Shown piece by piece: positions 8,639 to 18,139 of a DNA stretch of 64,000 nucleotides. This DNA is from Longilinea sp. (GTDB lineage Bacteria; Chloroflexota; Anaerolineae; Anaerolineales; Anaerolineaceae). How positions within the stretch are numbered: position 1 is the first letter of the stretch; every line of letters begins with the position of its first letter. Where the stretch lies: contig DATMYV010000020.1 of assembly GCA_035560795.1 (NCBI GenBank), positions 15,152-79,151 of the forward strand, in the 5' to 3' direction. The position numbers were made by a program, and so were the translations under genes. The notes under the pieces were generated by a model. The model did not search any database and was not told where the DNA came from. It saw nothing but the letters and a program-made list of their open reading frames with translations.

Positions 8639-10033
8639 TCAGAACAGGTTGGCGTATCCTTGCAAAAGATTAGACATCCAGGTGATATACGGTCCGGGAA
8701 TGATACCCGCAGCTATTAATATCAATGCTCCGGCCAGCAACAACGCGATCTGATAACGGTCTTCTTCGATATGCCCAATTTTCGGTTCGTGAAGAAATAA
8801 GGCTCCCAAATAGCGGAAACCGGCAAACATCAATCCCGCACAACCCGCAAGCGCCCAAATTGCCATCGGGATCGAATGAGTCCCAAGTTCTTCCAATAAC
8901 GGCTGGCGAATGGGGAATCCAGCTAATAAAGGAAGCCCACCGGTTGAAAAAATGGTCAGCAAACACACCGTCGTTGCAATTGGCAGGCGTTGAAATGCCT
9001 GTTTTTCTTCTTCAAACTTCATTGACACATCGTGACTTTGCATCACTGACAATGCCAGAGCCCACAGACCAAGCCCAATCATCCGCGGGAAGAAACCGCC
9101 AGCGTAAAATGCCAGTCCGGAATTTGAATGAAGACTCAACGCAAGGAGGGCAAAACCTGTTTCCAAAATGACCGCATATCCAAAAAGGCGAGAGAGATCA
9201 CGCTGAAATGCAGCCCATATGCCCGCCGTGGCGACCATAATCGTCCCCGCAAGTTGTAAACCCTGGAAGAGAAGCGTTGAATTTCGGAGAAAAGCATACG
9301 AATCGAGAAAGTTCAATAGCAGCGAAAAAACAACGGTTGGCAGCAGGCTCAATAAAAATCCAACCACATACGGATGGCTTTCTACGGCCAGCAACGGAAT
9401 CCAGGTATAAAACGGGAAAATTGCCAGCCAGAAAGCCAGCCCTAACCCCAATAAGAGAGTCGCCTCAAGCAATAGACTCTCAAGAGATGGATTAATCTCT
9501 GTGGCGTTTAATGCCCACCCGCCAATTAGGATGCAGGGCATGCCAAGTGTTTGAAAAATCAAATACCGCATAACTCCCTGCCCGGCCGGTCTGCCAGGCG
9601 GGATAAGCATGGGGATGCTCATGAGTACCGCAATTTCAACGAATAATGCAGCAAATAGAAATGGTTCCACTGCCAGAGACGCAACCAGCATGGCAATCAT
9701 GCCCAGACCAAAGGGAGTGAAAAGCCTGTAGGTCCTGGCTGCCGGAGCCCCAAAGAACCAAAAGGCGCTTAACCCATAAATTAACACGAGTAATGTACGG
9801 TCCGAATCCTCCAGCACCAACCGCCGTCCAAGAATCGAAAGAGATGTGGACAGCTCATAGGCTCGGCCGCCAAATTGAATTAAACTGTCAAAATTAACCA
9901 ACGCAGCGGTGACTGCCAGCACCAAAGAGAGTATAGCTGCGGTCCATCGCGTAAAACCAGTTCTCCGGTTAAATAGAGCCAACAGCACGGATACGCCAAA
10001 GGGCACAAATATCCACACTATAATTGTGCTCAT
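8639..10033 (-). CDS. Proton-conducting antiporter-like membrane subunit (NuoN/MrpD/HyfF family), divergent
   Basis: About 14 hydrophobic helices; FVEI, RYLIFQ, AIFPFYTWIP, AAFQRDLSRLFGYA and GGLPLLAGF motifs match the Proton_antipo_M fold. Confidence 0.8.
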   Translation of the reverse strand: MSTIIVWIFVPFGVSVLLALFNRRTGFTRWTAAILSLVLAVTAALVNFDSLIQFGGRAYELSTSLSILGRRLVLEDSDRTLLVLIYGLSAFWFFGAPAARTYRLFTPFGLGMIAMLVASLAVEPFLFAALFVEIAVLMSIPMLIPPGRPAGQGVMRYLIFQTLGMPCILIGGWALNATEINPSLESLLLEATLLLGLGLAFWLAIFPFYTWIPLLAVESHPYVVGFLLSLLPTVVFSLLLNFLDSYAFLRNSTLLFQGLQLAGTIMVATAGIWAAFQRDLSRLFGYAVILETGFALLALSLHSNSGLAFYAGGFFPRMIGLGLWALALSVMQSHDVSMKFEEEKQAFQRLPIATTVCLLTIFSTGGLPLLAGFPIRQPLLEELGTHSIPMAIWALAGCAGLMFAGFRYLGALFLHEPKIGHIEEDRYQIALLLAGALILIAAGIIPGPYITWMSNLLQGYANLF

Positions 10034-10617
10034 GGTGTTTCTTCCTCTTCAGGGTTTACCAGCAAATATGCACCCGCCAAGGCGAGTCCCAAATTCACGC
10101 CCGAGATCAGTCCTGCAACCAGAACGGAATTTTCGACGGCGGCATAAAGCAATTCAAATCCGGATAGGACAGTAAACAAACCCAAAATGACCCGCAACGG
10201 CCGGTGAGACATGCCAAGTTGTAACAAACCCATGCCAATCAGGATAATTGCGCCTAATACGTAATTGGTTTCACTCGGAAAAAACTTTTGCAATGATGGA
10301 GCGATCGCAAACGCCAACACCCAGATTAACGAAGCAGTCACCACTTTAAAACCGCGGCCTGGCAGGCGTGGGAAGCCGGTTTCTTCAAGAGCATTACCCG
10401 GTTGCGACACACCCAAAACAGCTCCCGCCATCCATCCTGTGACCAATTTTACAGCAGCCAAACCAAGCGACCATTGCCACGTGATCATCCAAAACATGCC
10501 CAGGTAAAGGACCGCCAGGGCAATTATGCTCCATCGCCAGTTTTGGCTGATCAACAGGGTAAGGGATGAAGCGATCAGCAGGACCAATGGAATCCAGCTA
10601 AGTGCAGGTTCCATCAT
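10030..10617 (-). CDS. Membrane protein (~195 aa), possibly HyfE/NuoJK-like
   Basis: About 7 hydrophobic segments. Start placed at MMEPAL, giving ATGA overlaps with both neighbours. GLFTVLSGFELLY segment. Confidence 0.7.
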   Translation of the reverse strand: MMEPALSWIPLVLLIASSLTLLISQNWRWSIIALAVLYLGMFWMITWQWSLGLAAVKLVTGWMAGAVLGVSQPGNALEETGFPRLPGRGFKVVTASLIWVLAFAIAPSLQKFFPSETNYVLGAIILIGMGLLQLGMSHRPLRVILGLFTVLSGFELLYAAVENSVLVAGLISGVNLGLALAGAYLLVNPEEEETP

Positions 10618-12221
10618 TGACCTATCCCAGGGATCAACAGGGTCAGGAGCAGTGCCAGTAATACCATCGCCCACAATACGCCGCCCTCGCCTTCCAGGAC
10701 CAGCGAAAAGCCCTCCACCAGCCGGCGGACCAGACCCATAAAATCTCGTAGAAATGTATACAACCAACGAAAACCAAAAAACCTGGCTAACCAACGTCCG
10801 GCTGCCTGCAAAATTGCATCCAGCCATGTGATGCGTCGTTCCAATGCGATCAATCTTTGCCGGCGCAGGATCAACACTCCCAAACCCAGAACCAGAATAA
10901 ATGCAGCGACGCTTGCCGGCCAATTATTGAAGATTAGGGGAACCTGCGATCCAGTGATGGCAATAATCCAGCTGCTGGAAGCGAGGATGAATAAACCCAA
11001 CGGATATCCCACCTGGATCCAGCCCTGCATATCTTTGAGCGAATCCCCCGGCAATAACGCGTGTCGTAGGAGACCTACCACCAGTAAGGCTACCACCAGG
11101 ACCATCACCAAACCAAACAGCGTAACATTTTCTCCAAGCAAACCAGCCCAGCCAGAAGCTGTTGGCGTGAACGGTAATCCGATGACAGCCAAGGCAGCCA
11201 GAATTGGCAAAACCAAAGAAAACCTTGCCCGAGCAGAATAGAGAAACAAAACGCCTCCGCTTAGAATCATGCTGGTTGACCAGACCAGACTGTTGACTGG
11301 ACTGCCATTGATGACACAGGTAATTGCCAATCCGGCTGTTGCTACAATCCAATACGGCCGACCGTTGAGTTCATTTGCAGCCCCTACCCACATGGCTGCG
11401 GCATAGAGAGACGCGATGGCCGTGCTTAATAGGAGCAAAAAGGTCGCCCCTGTAGAGAGCTGGGGTGAGGTCAGGCGGGCCAGCAATACCAGGCTGGTGG
11501 CGGCCGAAGCCATCCGTAGTGACGTGCCGACACCGCGGTGCATTTGTATTTCCTGCTGATACGGCAGGTTCAAGGGTAACACGCCAAGCCGCAGGCCTGC
11601 TGCGGCCAACAGCAAAGCACTAGCCTGTGGGAAGGCACTCACTGCAGCCTCAATATTCAGGCTCTGCCCATAAACAAATGCGGCCAGCGCCACAATCGTC
11701 CCTGATACCCGTGCCTCGAATGCGATGACGACCTGGCGATTCAAACGCGGCTCATGCACGGTTCGCAGCATGATTACCAGCTCAACCACATCGATTAAGG
11801 ACCACACCAACAGCAGCGTGATTAGATTCCCGGAAAGAACGCCGACCAGCCCCATGCTGGCAATCACCAAATTACTCGCCCAGGCGATAGGGTAACTCTT
11901 TTGTCCCAAGCGAACGGGTGCTGTCAAAATTACAGCCAGGAGTAAACCTGACAGGCTAAAAGCCAGCGGCCAGGATACGGTATCCACCTGAAATAAAAGG
12001 CGGTCGTCCATCCGAACCGCAAACGGCAGCCAATCTGCCAACTGAAACGGCATTGGCGTTCGGAACCGGTAGAAGAGCTGCATACCCCAATTGATGATAC
12101 CTGCCAGCATGGCGATCAGCCAGGCCAGGCCGAAATTAGGGCGCAGGCGATCCAGCAGAAAAATACCCCCAGCTGCGACAATTAATAGAAGTACCGGGGC
12201 GAGAACAATCCAGGAAGGCAT
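10614..12221 (-). CDS. Highly divergent antiporter-like membrane protein (NuoL/MrpA/HyfB-like)
   Basis: Polytopic; FQVDTVSWP, GNLITLLLVW..D..E, GLRLGVLPL and GLPFTPTASG resemble antiporter-subunit motifs. Confidence 0.6.
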   Translation of the reverse strand: MPSWIVLAPVLLLIVAAGGIFLLDRLRPNFGLAWLIAMLAGIINWGMQLFYRFRTPMPFQLADWLPFAVRMDDRLLFQVDTVSWPLAFSLSGLLLAVILTAPVRLGQKSYPIAWASNLVIASMGLVGVLSGNLITLLLVWSLIDVVELVIMLRTVHEPRLNRQVVIAFEARVSGTIVALAAFVYGQSLNIEAAVSAFPQASALLLAAAGLRLGVLPLNLPYQQEIQMHRGVGTSLRMASAATSLVLLARLTSPQLSTGATFLLLLSTAIASLYAAAMWVGAANELNGRPYWIVATAGLAITCVINGSPVNSLVWSTSMILSGGVLFLYSARARFSLVLPILAALAVIGLPFTPTASGWAGLLGENVTLFGLVMVLVVALLVVGLLRHALLPGDSLKDMQGWIQVGYPLGLFILASSSWIIAITGSQVPLIFNNWPASVAAFILVLGLGVLILRRQRLIALERRITWLDAILQAAGRWLARFFGFRWLYTFLRDFMGLVRRLVEGFSLVLEGEGGVLWAMVLLALLLTLLIPGIGQ

Positions 12222-12224
12222 CCG

Positions 12225-13649
12225 TTAAAGTATATCGCCAAATGGCTTGCGGAGAATGAACCGCCCCATTCCAGGTTTTCCGTGCCAGACCTCTTTTTCA
12301 ACAATCAAATTGCCGCGCAGGTACACCTGCTCGGGGTAACCCACCAGGTCCCATCCTTCGTAGAGGTTGTAATCTGTGCGGTGTTGAGCATGTGCCACGC
12401 CGTACTTGATCTTGCGCTCTGGATCCCAGATGATCAGGTCTGCATCTGCGCCGGGCATAAGTGTGCCCTTTTGCGGATACATGCCGAAAATGCGGGCCGG
12501 GTTGGTCGAATTCAACGCAACAAACTGATTCGCTGTGATTTTTCCTGCGCGCACACCGTAAGTCCACAAAATCGGCATCCGGTCGCCCACTCCTGGCAAA
12601 CCGCTCGGTATGCGGGTGAAATTATCACTGCCCAGTTCTTTTCCTGGAATGGCTACTTCCTTGCCTTCATAAAGGATCGGCTTACGACCGTCAAAAAAGA
12701 ATGGACAATGATCGGTTGCCATTACCTGCAATGTGCCATCGCCAATGCCTTCCCACAACCTGGCATTATCCGCAGTGCTTCGCATTGGCGGCGAGCAAAC
12801 CCATTTGGCTCCATCAGTTTGGCGCAAATTGTCGATCGTAAAGAATAAATATTGCGGGCAAGTCTCGCCCATCACCTGTACCCCGTGCTCACGGGCGTAG
12901 GCCAGTTGATCGACTTCTCCACCGGCGTTCATGTGCACAATATATGCCGGTGCATCCGCTTGGGCTGCCAGGGCGGCCGCGCGCAGGGTCGCTTCCACCG
13001 CGCCCCACGTAGGACGGGTCAGCGCCTGCCATTCTGGTGTGGTATGCCCGGCAGCCAGAGCTTCAGCGACCATTGTTTCGATGACATCGCCATTTTCTGC
13101 GTGCACCATGGTCAACAGACCGTCTTTGCGCGCCAGGCGCATCACCTTAAAAATTTCGCCATCGGAAAGTCGCAACCGGTTGTTGTAGGCTGTAAACACT
13201 TTAATGCTAGTAATTCCCGCTCCGGCCAGTTGACCAATTTCATTGGCAACTTGATCATCGAAGTGAGTGATATTCATATGAAAGCTGAAATCAATTGCTG
13301 CCTTGGCGTCAGCTTTATTGTGTGCAGCCTCGACATTTGCCAATAACGGGCTGGTATCCTGCGAAACGAAATCGATGGCGGTCGTTGTTCCGCCGAATGC
13401 CGCGGCTTTATGGCCGGTGTAATGATCATCAGATGAAACAGTGCCTGCCATCGGCAAATCAAGATGGGTATGCACATCGATTCCGCCCGGCATAACGAGC
13501 TTACCCGCGGCATCCACAACCTGTGCATCGACCGGCACCGTTAAGGAGGGTCCAATTTGGGCAATTTTTTCACCCACTACCAATAAATCCGCCTGAAACG
13601 TCTCCGAGGCGGTGATCAAAGTACCATTCTTGATCAGTAAGCTGCTCAT
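12225..13649 (-). CDS. hydA: Dihydropyrimidinase / D-hydantoinase (HydA/HyuA-like)
   Basis: PGGIDVHTH, GGTTT, VHAENG, ETCPQYL, CSPPMR, TDHCPF, NPARIFG. Confidence 0.9.
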   Translation of the reverse strand: MSSLLIKNGTLITASETFQADLLVVGEKIAQIGPSLTVPVDAQVVDAAGKLVMPGGIDVHTHLDLPMAGTVSSDDHYTGHKAAAFGGTTTAIDFVSQDTSPLLANVEAAHNKADAKAAIDFSFHMNITHFDDQVANEIGQLAGAGITSIKVFTAYNNRLRLSDGEIFKVMRLARKDGLLTMVHAENGDVIETMVAEALAAGHTTPEWQALTRPTWGAVEATLRAAALAAQADAPAYIVHMNAGGEVDQLAYAREHGVQVMGETCPQYLFFTIDNLRQTDGAKWVCSPPMRSTADNARLWEGIGDGTLQVMATDHCPFFFDGRKPILYEGKEVAIPGKELGSDNFTRIPSGLPGVGDRMPILWTYGVRAGKITANQFVALNSTNPARIFGMYPQKGTLMPGADADLIIWDPERKIKYGVAHAQHRTDYNLYEGWDLVGYPEQVYLRGNLIVEKEVWHGKPGMGRFILRKPFGDIL

Positions 13650-13680
13650 CCAATGCTCCTTGGCGATTGATCCTGCCATT

Positions 13681-14274
13681 TTACCAGTTTTGATCTGGTA
13701 CGTAATTGTCTTTTGCTTCGCCTAAACCGCTAAAATCTCCCATTAGTGCCCTGAGGGCGGGTTCAATAAATTCATCCGGCAAATCATCTGCCTGATAAAG
13801 TCCTTCCTTCAATGCCCGGTCGCGTAAGGACCGCCATAATAAATTCCGCTCTTCCGAGCGCACCACCAAATCGGAAAGACTATGCGCAGCAGCCAATAAT
13901 TCACCGGTTGTATAAAGAAAAGTTAGCCGCCGCCAGGATCCTGCCTGGATGGCCCTTGGCAATGTTTGCAGCGGACCCAGTTGAATTTTGTAGTATTCCT
14001 CGGATGCGTGCGGGTGATCGGGCTCGTTCCGTAACAGCGCTGCCCGGGTCGTCATCTCATGCCCGCGTACCGGGGCAACGGTTTCCACCAACCAACGGTG
14101 TGCCTCGCCAAAGCTGCCTGTCTGATAAAAAGCCAGGTAATCCACTGAAACAACTTTAGGCGCGTGCCGCAGGGGAATGCGGTACCAGCCTAACAGCCAC
14201 GCGATTTCCAGGTCGCGCGGCTCCGTCACCACTGCTACCAGAATCAAGGCTGTGTCCGGTGGAAATTCGCTCAT
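13681..14274 (-). CDS. Hypothetical protein, possible PUA/EVE-like nucleic-acid-binding domain
   Basis: LVAVV..RDLEIA..GWYRIP..DYLAFYQT..YYKIQLGPL pattern. Start placed at MSEFPP after an AGGA RBS. Confidence 0.65.
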   Translation of the reverse strand: MSEFPPDTALILVAVVTEPRDLEIAWLLGWYRIPLRHAPKVVSVDYLAFYQTGSFGEAHRWLVETVAPVRGHEMTTRAALLRNEPDHPHASEEYYKIQLGPLQTLPRAIQAGSWRRLTFLYTTGELLAAAHSLSDLVVRSEERNLLWRSLRDRALKEGLYQADDLPDEFIEPALRALMGDFSGLGEAKDNYVPDQNW

Positions 14275-14292
14275 CTGTCCTATAATTAGCAA

Positions 14293-14322
14293 CATCCGGT
14301 GCGGGGTACCCCGCACCGGATG
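14293..14322. repeat. Perfect 30-bp palindrome (intergenic hairpin)
   Basis: CATCCGGTGCGGGGTACCCCGCACCGGATG equals its own reverse complement. Confidence 0.9.
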
Positions 14323-14334
14323 GCAGCAGTGAAG

Positions 14335-15804
14335 TTATTTGACTAAACCGACTTCCTGGTTGAACTCATTAATCAGGGCGTCAATCTCGCCGGTCTGTTT
14401 CTGGATATCCGTCCAGTAATTGGGATCATACCACTGGGCTTGAATTTCAGCGTATGTCTTACCCTGCTGCTCGACCCAGGTGTAATACTTCAAATTATGG
14501 ACCCGCTTGCGATCCGAGTAGCTTAATTCCAGCATGTTATCAGTGGATTCGCCCAGCATATAGCGTGCAAAATCTGCAGCTGCCATGGCTTCGGTGTACT
14601 CACCTTCTTCAGCGCGCATTTCTACGAGTCGGCTGGCGTAAAGCTGCATCGAGTCGGTCAGCACGGTCACCATCACATCGGTCTCACCCATATCGTAGTA
14701 TTTCGCCATTTTGATGGCAGAGAGTAAATTGGCGATGCCAGAAAAACCTAGAAGATTGAGTTGGCTGACAACGGCCTGCGGGACGCCTTTTTTGACAAGG
14801 TAAGCCTGTCCGACCGGTTCATTGAACAGGCGCAGCAGATGCACAACCGCGTTATCGTCGATGGCTGTCACCACGTCTGTATTCTTGACGTTATGAATCC
14901 ACGGCACGTGCTTGTCGCCAATGCCTTCGATGCGGTGGGCGCCAAAACCGTTGGCAAGCAAGGTTGGGCATTGCAGTGCTTCGCTGGCGCCCAGTTTACT
15001 GGTTGGAAACAGTTGCTTGAGGTAATCGCCGCTGGCAATTGTGCCCGCTGAACCAGTGGTGAACACAGAACCCCGGAAGGTATCCTTCGGTCCCATGGCG
15101 TGCTTCAGCATATCCTCGAACGCTTGTCCGGTGACCGAGTAATGCCACAGGTAATTGCCAAATTCCTCAAACTGATTAAAGATCATCAATTCCTGGCCCG
15201 AACGGCGCAATTCCCAGCATTTGTCGAAGATCTCTTTAACGTTCGACTCGCTGCCCGGCGTGGCAATGACTTCACTGGCAATCTTGGATAGCCATTCGAA
15301 TCGTTCGCGGCTCATGCCTTCCGGTAAAATGGCAATCGATTCGCAAGCTAACAGCGCTGAGTCGTATGCACCGCCGCGGCAGTAGTTGCCCGTGGATGGC
15401 CAGACTGCTTTTTCGGTGGTCGGATCAAATTGACCTGTAACCAGGCGCGGAACCAGGCAGCCGAATGCAGCACCAACCTTGTGAGCTCCAGTGGGAAACC
15501 ATTTGCCAACCATCGCAAGGATTCGCGCCGGGGTTCCAGTCAGGCTGGATGGAAATTCAAGATAATTTACACCGTCGAAACCGCCGCCCATTTCCTTGGG
15601 TTCATTTTTCCAGGTGATGCGGAATAGATTTCGGGGATGCAAATCCCATAAACCAATATTCTTTAGCTCGGCCTTTACAAAGGCTGGATTGGATTCCGGA
15701 TTTCGCATTTGCGCAAAAGTTGGAATTACAATATTCCTTTCACGGGCACGGCGAATCACTTTCGCACGGCGGTCCGGCATTGCAGTCAAATCGATTTTTG
15801 TCAT
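14335..15804 (-). CDS. PLP-dependent enzyme, fold type II (TrpB/cysteine synthase superfamily), unknown substrate
   Basis: FPTGAHKVG (PLP Lys), PSTGNY, TGSAGT phosphate-binding loop, HRIEGIG. Confidence 0.85.
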   Translation of the reverse strand: MTKIDLTAMPDRRAKVIRRARERNIVIPTFAQMRNPESNPAFVKAELKNIGLWDLHPRNLFRITWKNEPKEMGGGFDGVNYLEFPSSLTGTPARILAMVGKWFPTGAHKVGAAFGCLVPRLVTGQFDPTTEKAVWPSTGNYCRGGAYDSALLACESIAILPEGMSRERFEWLSKIASEVIATPGSESNVKEIFDKCWELRRSGQELMIFNQFEEFGNYLWHYSVTGQAFEDMLKHAMGPKDTFRGSVFTTGSAGTIASGDYLKQLFPTSKLGASEALQCPTLLANGFGAHRIEGIGDKHVPWIHNVKNTDVVTAIDDNAVVHLLRLFNEPVGQAYLVKKGVPQAVVSQLNLLGFSGIANLLSAIKMAKYYDMGETDVMVTVLTDSMQLYASRLVEMRAEEGEYTEAMAAADFARYMLGESTDNMLELSYSDRKRVHNLKYYTWVEQQGKTYAEIQAQWYDPNYWTDIQKQTGEIDALINEFNQEVGLVK

Positions 15805-15821
15805 TTTCGTTTCCTCTCACT

Positions 15822-16778
15822 TCATGATTTAGAAAAATCGTCCGGCGACTCGCGCACGATATATAAAGGACGACCTTTTACCTCATCGTAGATGCGGCCA
15901 ATATACTCGCCAAGAATGCCCAGCGAGATCAATTGCACGCCTCCCAGGAACAACACCGCAATCAATGTGGACGCCTGTCCCAGGAATACCTCGCCTGTCG
16001 TAGCCCGCAGGATCATCACCACAAGCGCCGCCACCAGGCTCAAACCGGCGGCGATAAAGCCTAGAAACGTTGCAATCTGTAAAGGCAGGTAGGAGAAACC
16101 TGTGATGGCGGTTAAGGCGAGTTTCAGCATTTTCCGGAAAGGATATTTGGTGCTGCCGGCAAAGCGCGCCAACCGTTTATAAGGTACGCCTACTTGTTTG
16201 AAACCAACCCAGGCTGACATGCCGCGCAGAAAACGGTGGTGCTCGCGCATGCGGTTCATCACATCCACCACCCGCCGGTCCATGAGGCGAAAATCGCCGG
16301 TATCCATCGGGATCCTCACGTCGGTGATCTTGTCAATCAACCGGTAAAAAAGCGAAGCGGTCCACAACTTAAACGCTGTTTCGCCTTCGCGTTCAGCGCG
16401 CACGGCAAACACAACCTCATATCCTTCACGCCATTTGGCGATCAGATCCAGAATCACCTCGGGTGGATCCTGTAAATCCGAATCAATGATCGTCACAGCC
16501 TTGCCTCGGCTGTAGTCCAGACCAGCGGTAACAGCAATCTGATGGCCGAAATTTCGCGCAAATATGACCGGCCGCACATGGGCATCATCCACCGCGAGTT
16601 GCCGGATCATATCCGTCGAGCCATCCTGCGAGCCATCATCCACCAGAACCAGTTCCCAACTCTCGGCAGTGGATCCCATGACGTCATGGACGCGGCGGTA
16701 AAACTCCATCAGGCTGCCCTTTTCGTTGAAAACCGGGGCTACGATCGAAAAAACAGGTTGCTCAGAAGACAAATTCAT
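15822..16778 (-). CDS. Glycosyltransferase family 2 (GtrB/ArnC-like polyprenyl-phosphate glycosyltransferase)
   Basis: VAPVFNE, VDDGSQD, RNFGHQ, IDSDLQDPP, GDFRLMDR, two C-terminal TM helices, GEYIGRIY..RPLY. Confidence 0.92.
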   Translation of the reverse strand: MNLSSEQPVFSIVAPVFNEKGSLMEFYRRVHDVMGSTAESWELVLVDDGSQDGSTDMIRQLAVDDAHVRPVIFARNFGHQIAVTAGLDYSRGKAVTIIDSDLQDPPEVILDLIAKWREGYEVVFAVRAEREGETAFKLWTASLFYRLIDKITDVRIPMDTGDFRLMDRRVVDVMNRMREHHRFLRGMSAWVGFKQVGVPYKRLARFAGSTKYPFRKMLKLALTAITGFSYLPLQIATFLGFIAAGLSLVAALVVMILRATTGEVFLGQASTLIAVLFLGGVQLISLGILGEYIGRIYDEVKGRPLYIVRESPDDFSKS

Positions 16779-16804
16779 CCCTCCAATAAGCGCCTTTTTA
16801 TCAA

Positions 16805-18061
16805 TTACTTAACGCTTTCCAGATGTTTTTTTAAGGCCGCCATGCTGGGTTCAATCACCGGCGCTTCTTGCACGGCCTGCATGGCTGCGCGGACGTCTTT
16901 TAGACCGCTGCCTGTATTAATCACCACCACCGGATCATCCGGCTTAATCAAGCCGCTTGTGAGGGCCTGTTTCAATCCGGCCAAAGCGGTGGCACCGGCA
17001 GGTTCGGCAAAGATTCCGACTTTTCCCAGGTCGGCAATCGCGGTCAATATATCCGCGTCAGCCACGGTCAGGTAAGTTCCACCGGTCTGCCGCGCAGCAC
17101 GCACAGCGCGCACGCCGTCGCGCGGTAAATCGACCGAAATACTGTCGGCGATCGTCTTGGCCTGCACCGGAACAATCACCTCACTGCCAGCCCGGAATGT
17201 ATTCGCCACAGCGGCTGAACCTTCTGCCTGCACGCCGATCAAGCGCGGCATCTGGCCTAACCAACCCAACTCTTCCAGATCGCGGAAGCCTTTGTGGATG
17301 CCGGAAATAATATTGCCATCCCCCACTGAAACAAAAACGGTGAGCGGGCGGCCGACCGCGGTTGAATCCGCCAGGGCAAGTTGATCCCAGATTTCAAATG
17401 CAGCGGTCTTCTTGCCTTCCACAGTAAAGGGGTTGTAACCGGTGTTGCGGCAGTACCAGCCAAATTCCTGGGCAGCTTCAATGGTAAGGTCAAATGCCTG
17501 GTCGTAATTGCCGTCCACCAGGATCACCTGTGCTCCGTAAACCAGCAACTGCGCCACTTTGGCAGGCGGTGCGCTGCGTGGAGCAAAGATGACTGCTTTC
17601 TGCCCGACCGCGGCTGACATACCCGCCAAAGCGGCGCCGGCGTTACCTGTTGAAGCGGTCACGACCACCGGGGCGCCGATTTGGATGGCGCGCGCGACTA
17701 CCACGGCACTGGCCCGGTCTTTATAAGAAGCCGTCGGGTTACGGCTCTCATCTTTCACCCATAAACGCCGCATGCCCAGGCGTTCAGCCAGTTGGCGCGG
17801 TTGAAAAACAGGCGTGTAACCGGCGGCTGCCAGGGGAGTGCCTTCGGCTTGTGGAAATGGAACTGGCAACAATGGCGAATAACGCCATAAGGAATTCTCA
17901 GCCCGCAAGGTTAAATCTGACCAATGGTATTTTTGTTGTAAACGTTTAATATCCAGCACCACATCCAAATTGCCGCCGTCTTTCGGGCAGGTATACATCA
18001 CCTTTGCAGGAGGGTATTCTGCCTGACAAATCGAACAGCGATAACCGAGGAAATCACCCAT
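16805..18061 (-). CDS. Threonine synthase-like PLP enzyme
   Basis: N-terminal CxxC..C, NPTASYKDR, ASTGNAG, EGKKT, VGDGN, EPAGA, TGSGLKD. Confidence 0.85.
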   Translation of the reverse strand: MGDFLGYRCSICQAEYPPAKVMYTCPKDGGNLDVVLDIKRLQQKYHWSDLTLRAENSLWRYSPLLPVPFPQAEGTPLAAAGYTPVFQPRQLAERLGMRRLWVKDESRNPTASYKDRASAVVVARAIQIGAPVVVTASTGNAGAALAGMSAAVGQKAVIFAPRSAPPAKVAQLLVYGAQVILVDGNYDQAFDLTIEAAQEFGWYCRNTGYNPFTVEGKKTAAFEIWDQLALADSTAVGRPLTVFVSVGDGNIISGIHKGFRDLEELGWLGQMPRLIGVQAEGSAAVANTFRAGSEVIVPVQAKTIADSISVDLPRDGVRAVRAARQTGGTYLTVADADILTAIADLGKVGIFAEPAGATALAGLKQALTSGLIKPDDPVVVINTGSGLKDVRAAMQAVQEAPVIEPSMAALKKHLESVK

Positions 18062-18139
18062 TCCGAATTACTCCTTTGTAATATTTGCACCCATGCACCT
18101 GGATTTCCGCAGGAATTCCAGATTGCACTAATAAATGGC

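Noticed and set aside
10618-10923. N-terminal extensions in the ORF track (this one; also 45614-45736, 54410-54499, 57311-57532, 37253-37369)
   Set aside because: They overlap neighbouring genes or promoter regions. Downstream starts fit the RBS position and family N-termini better.
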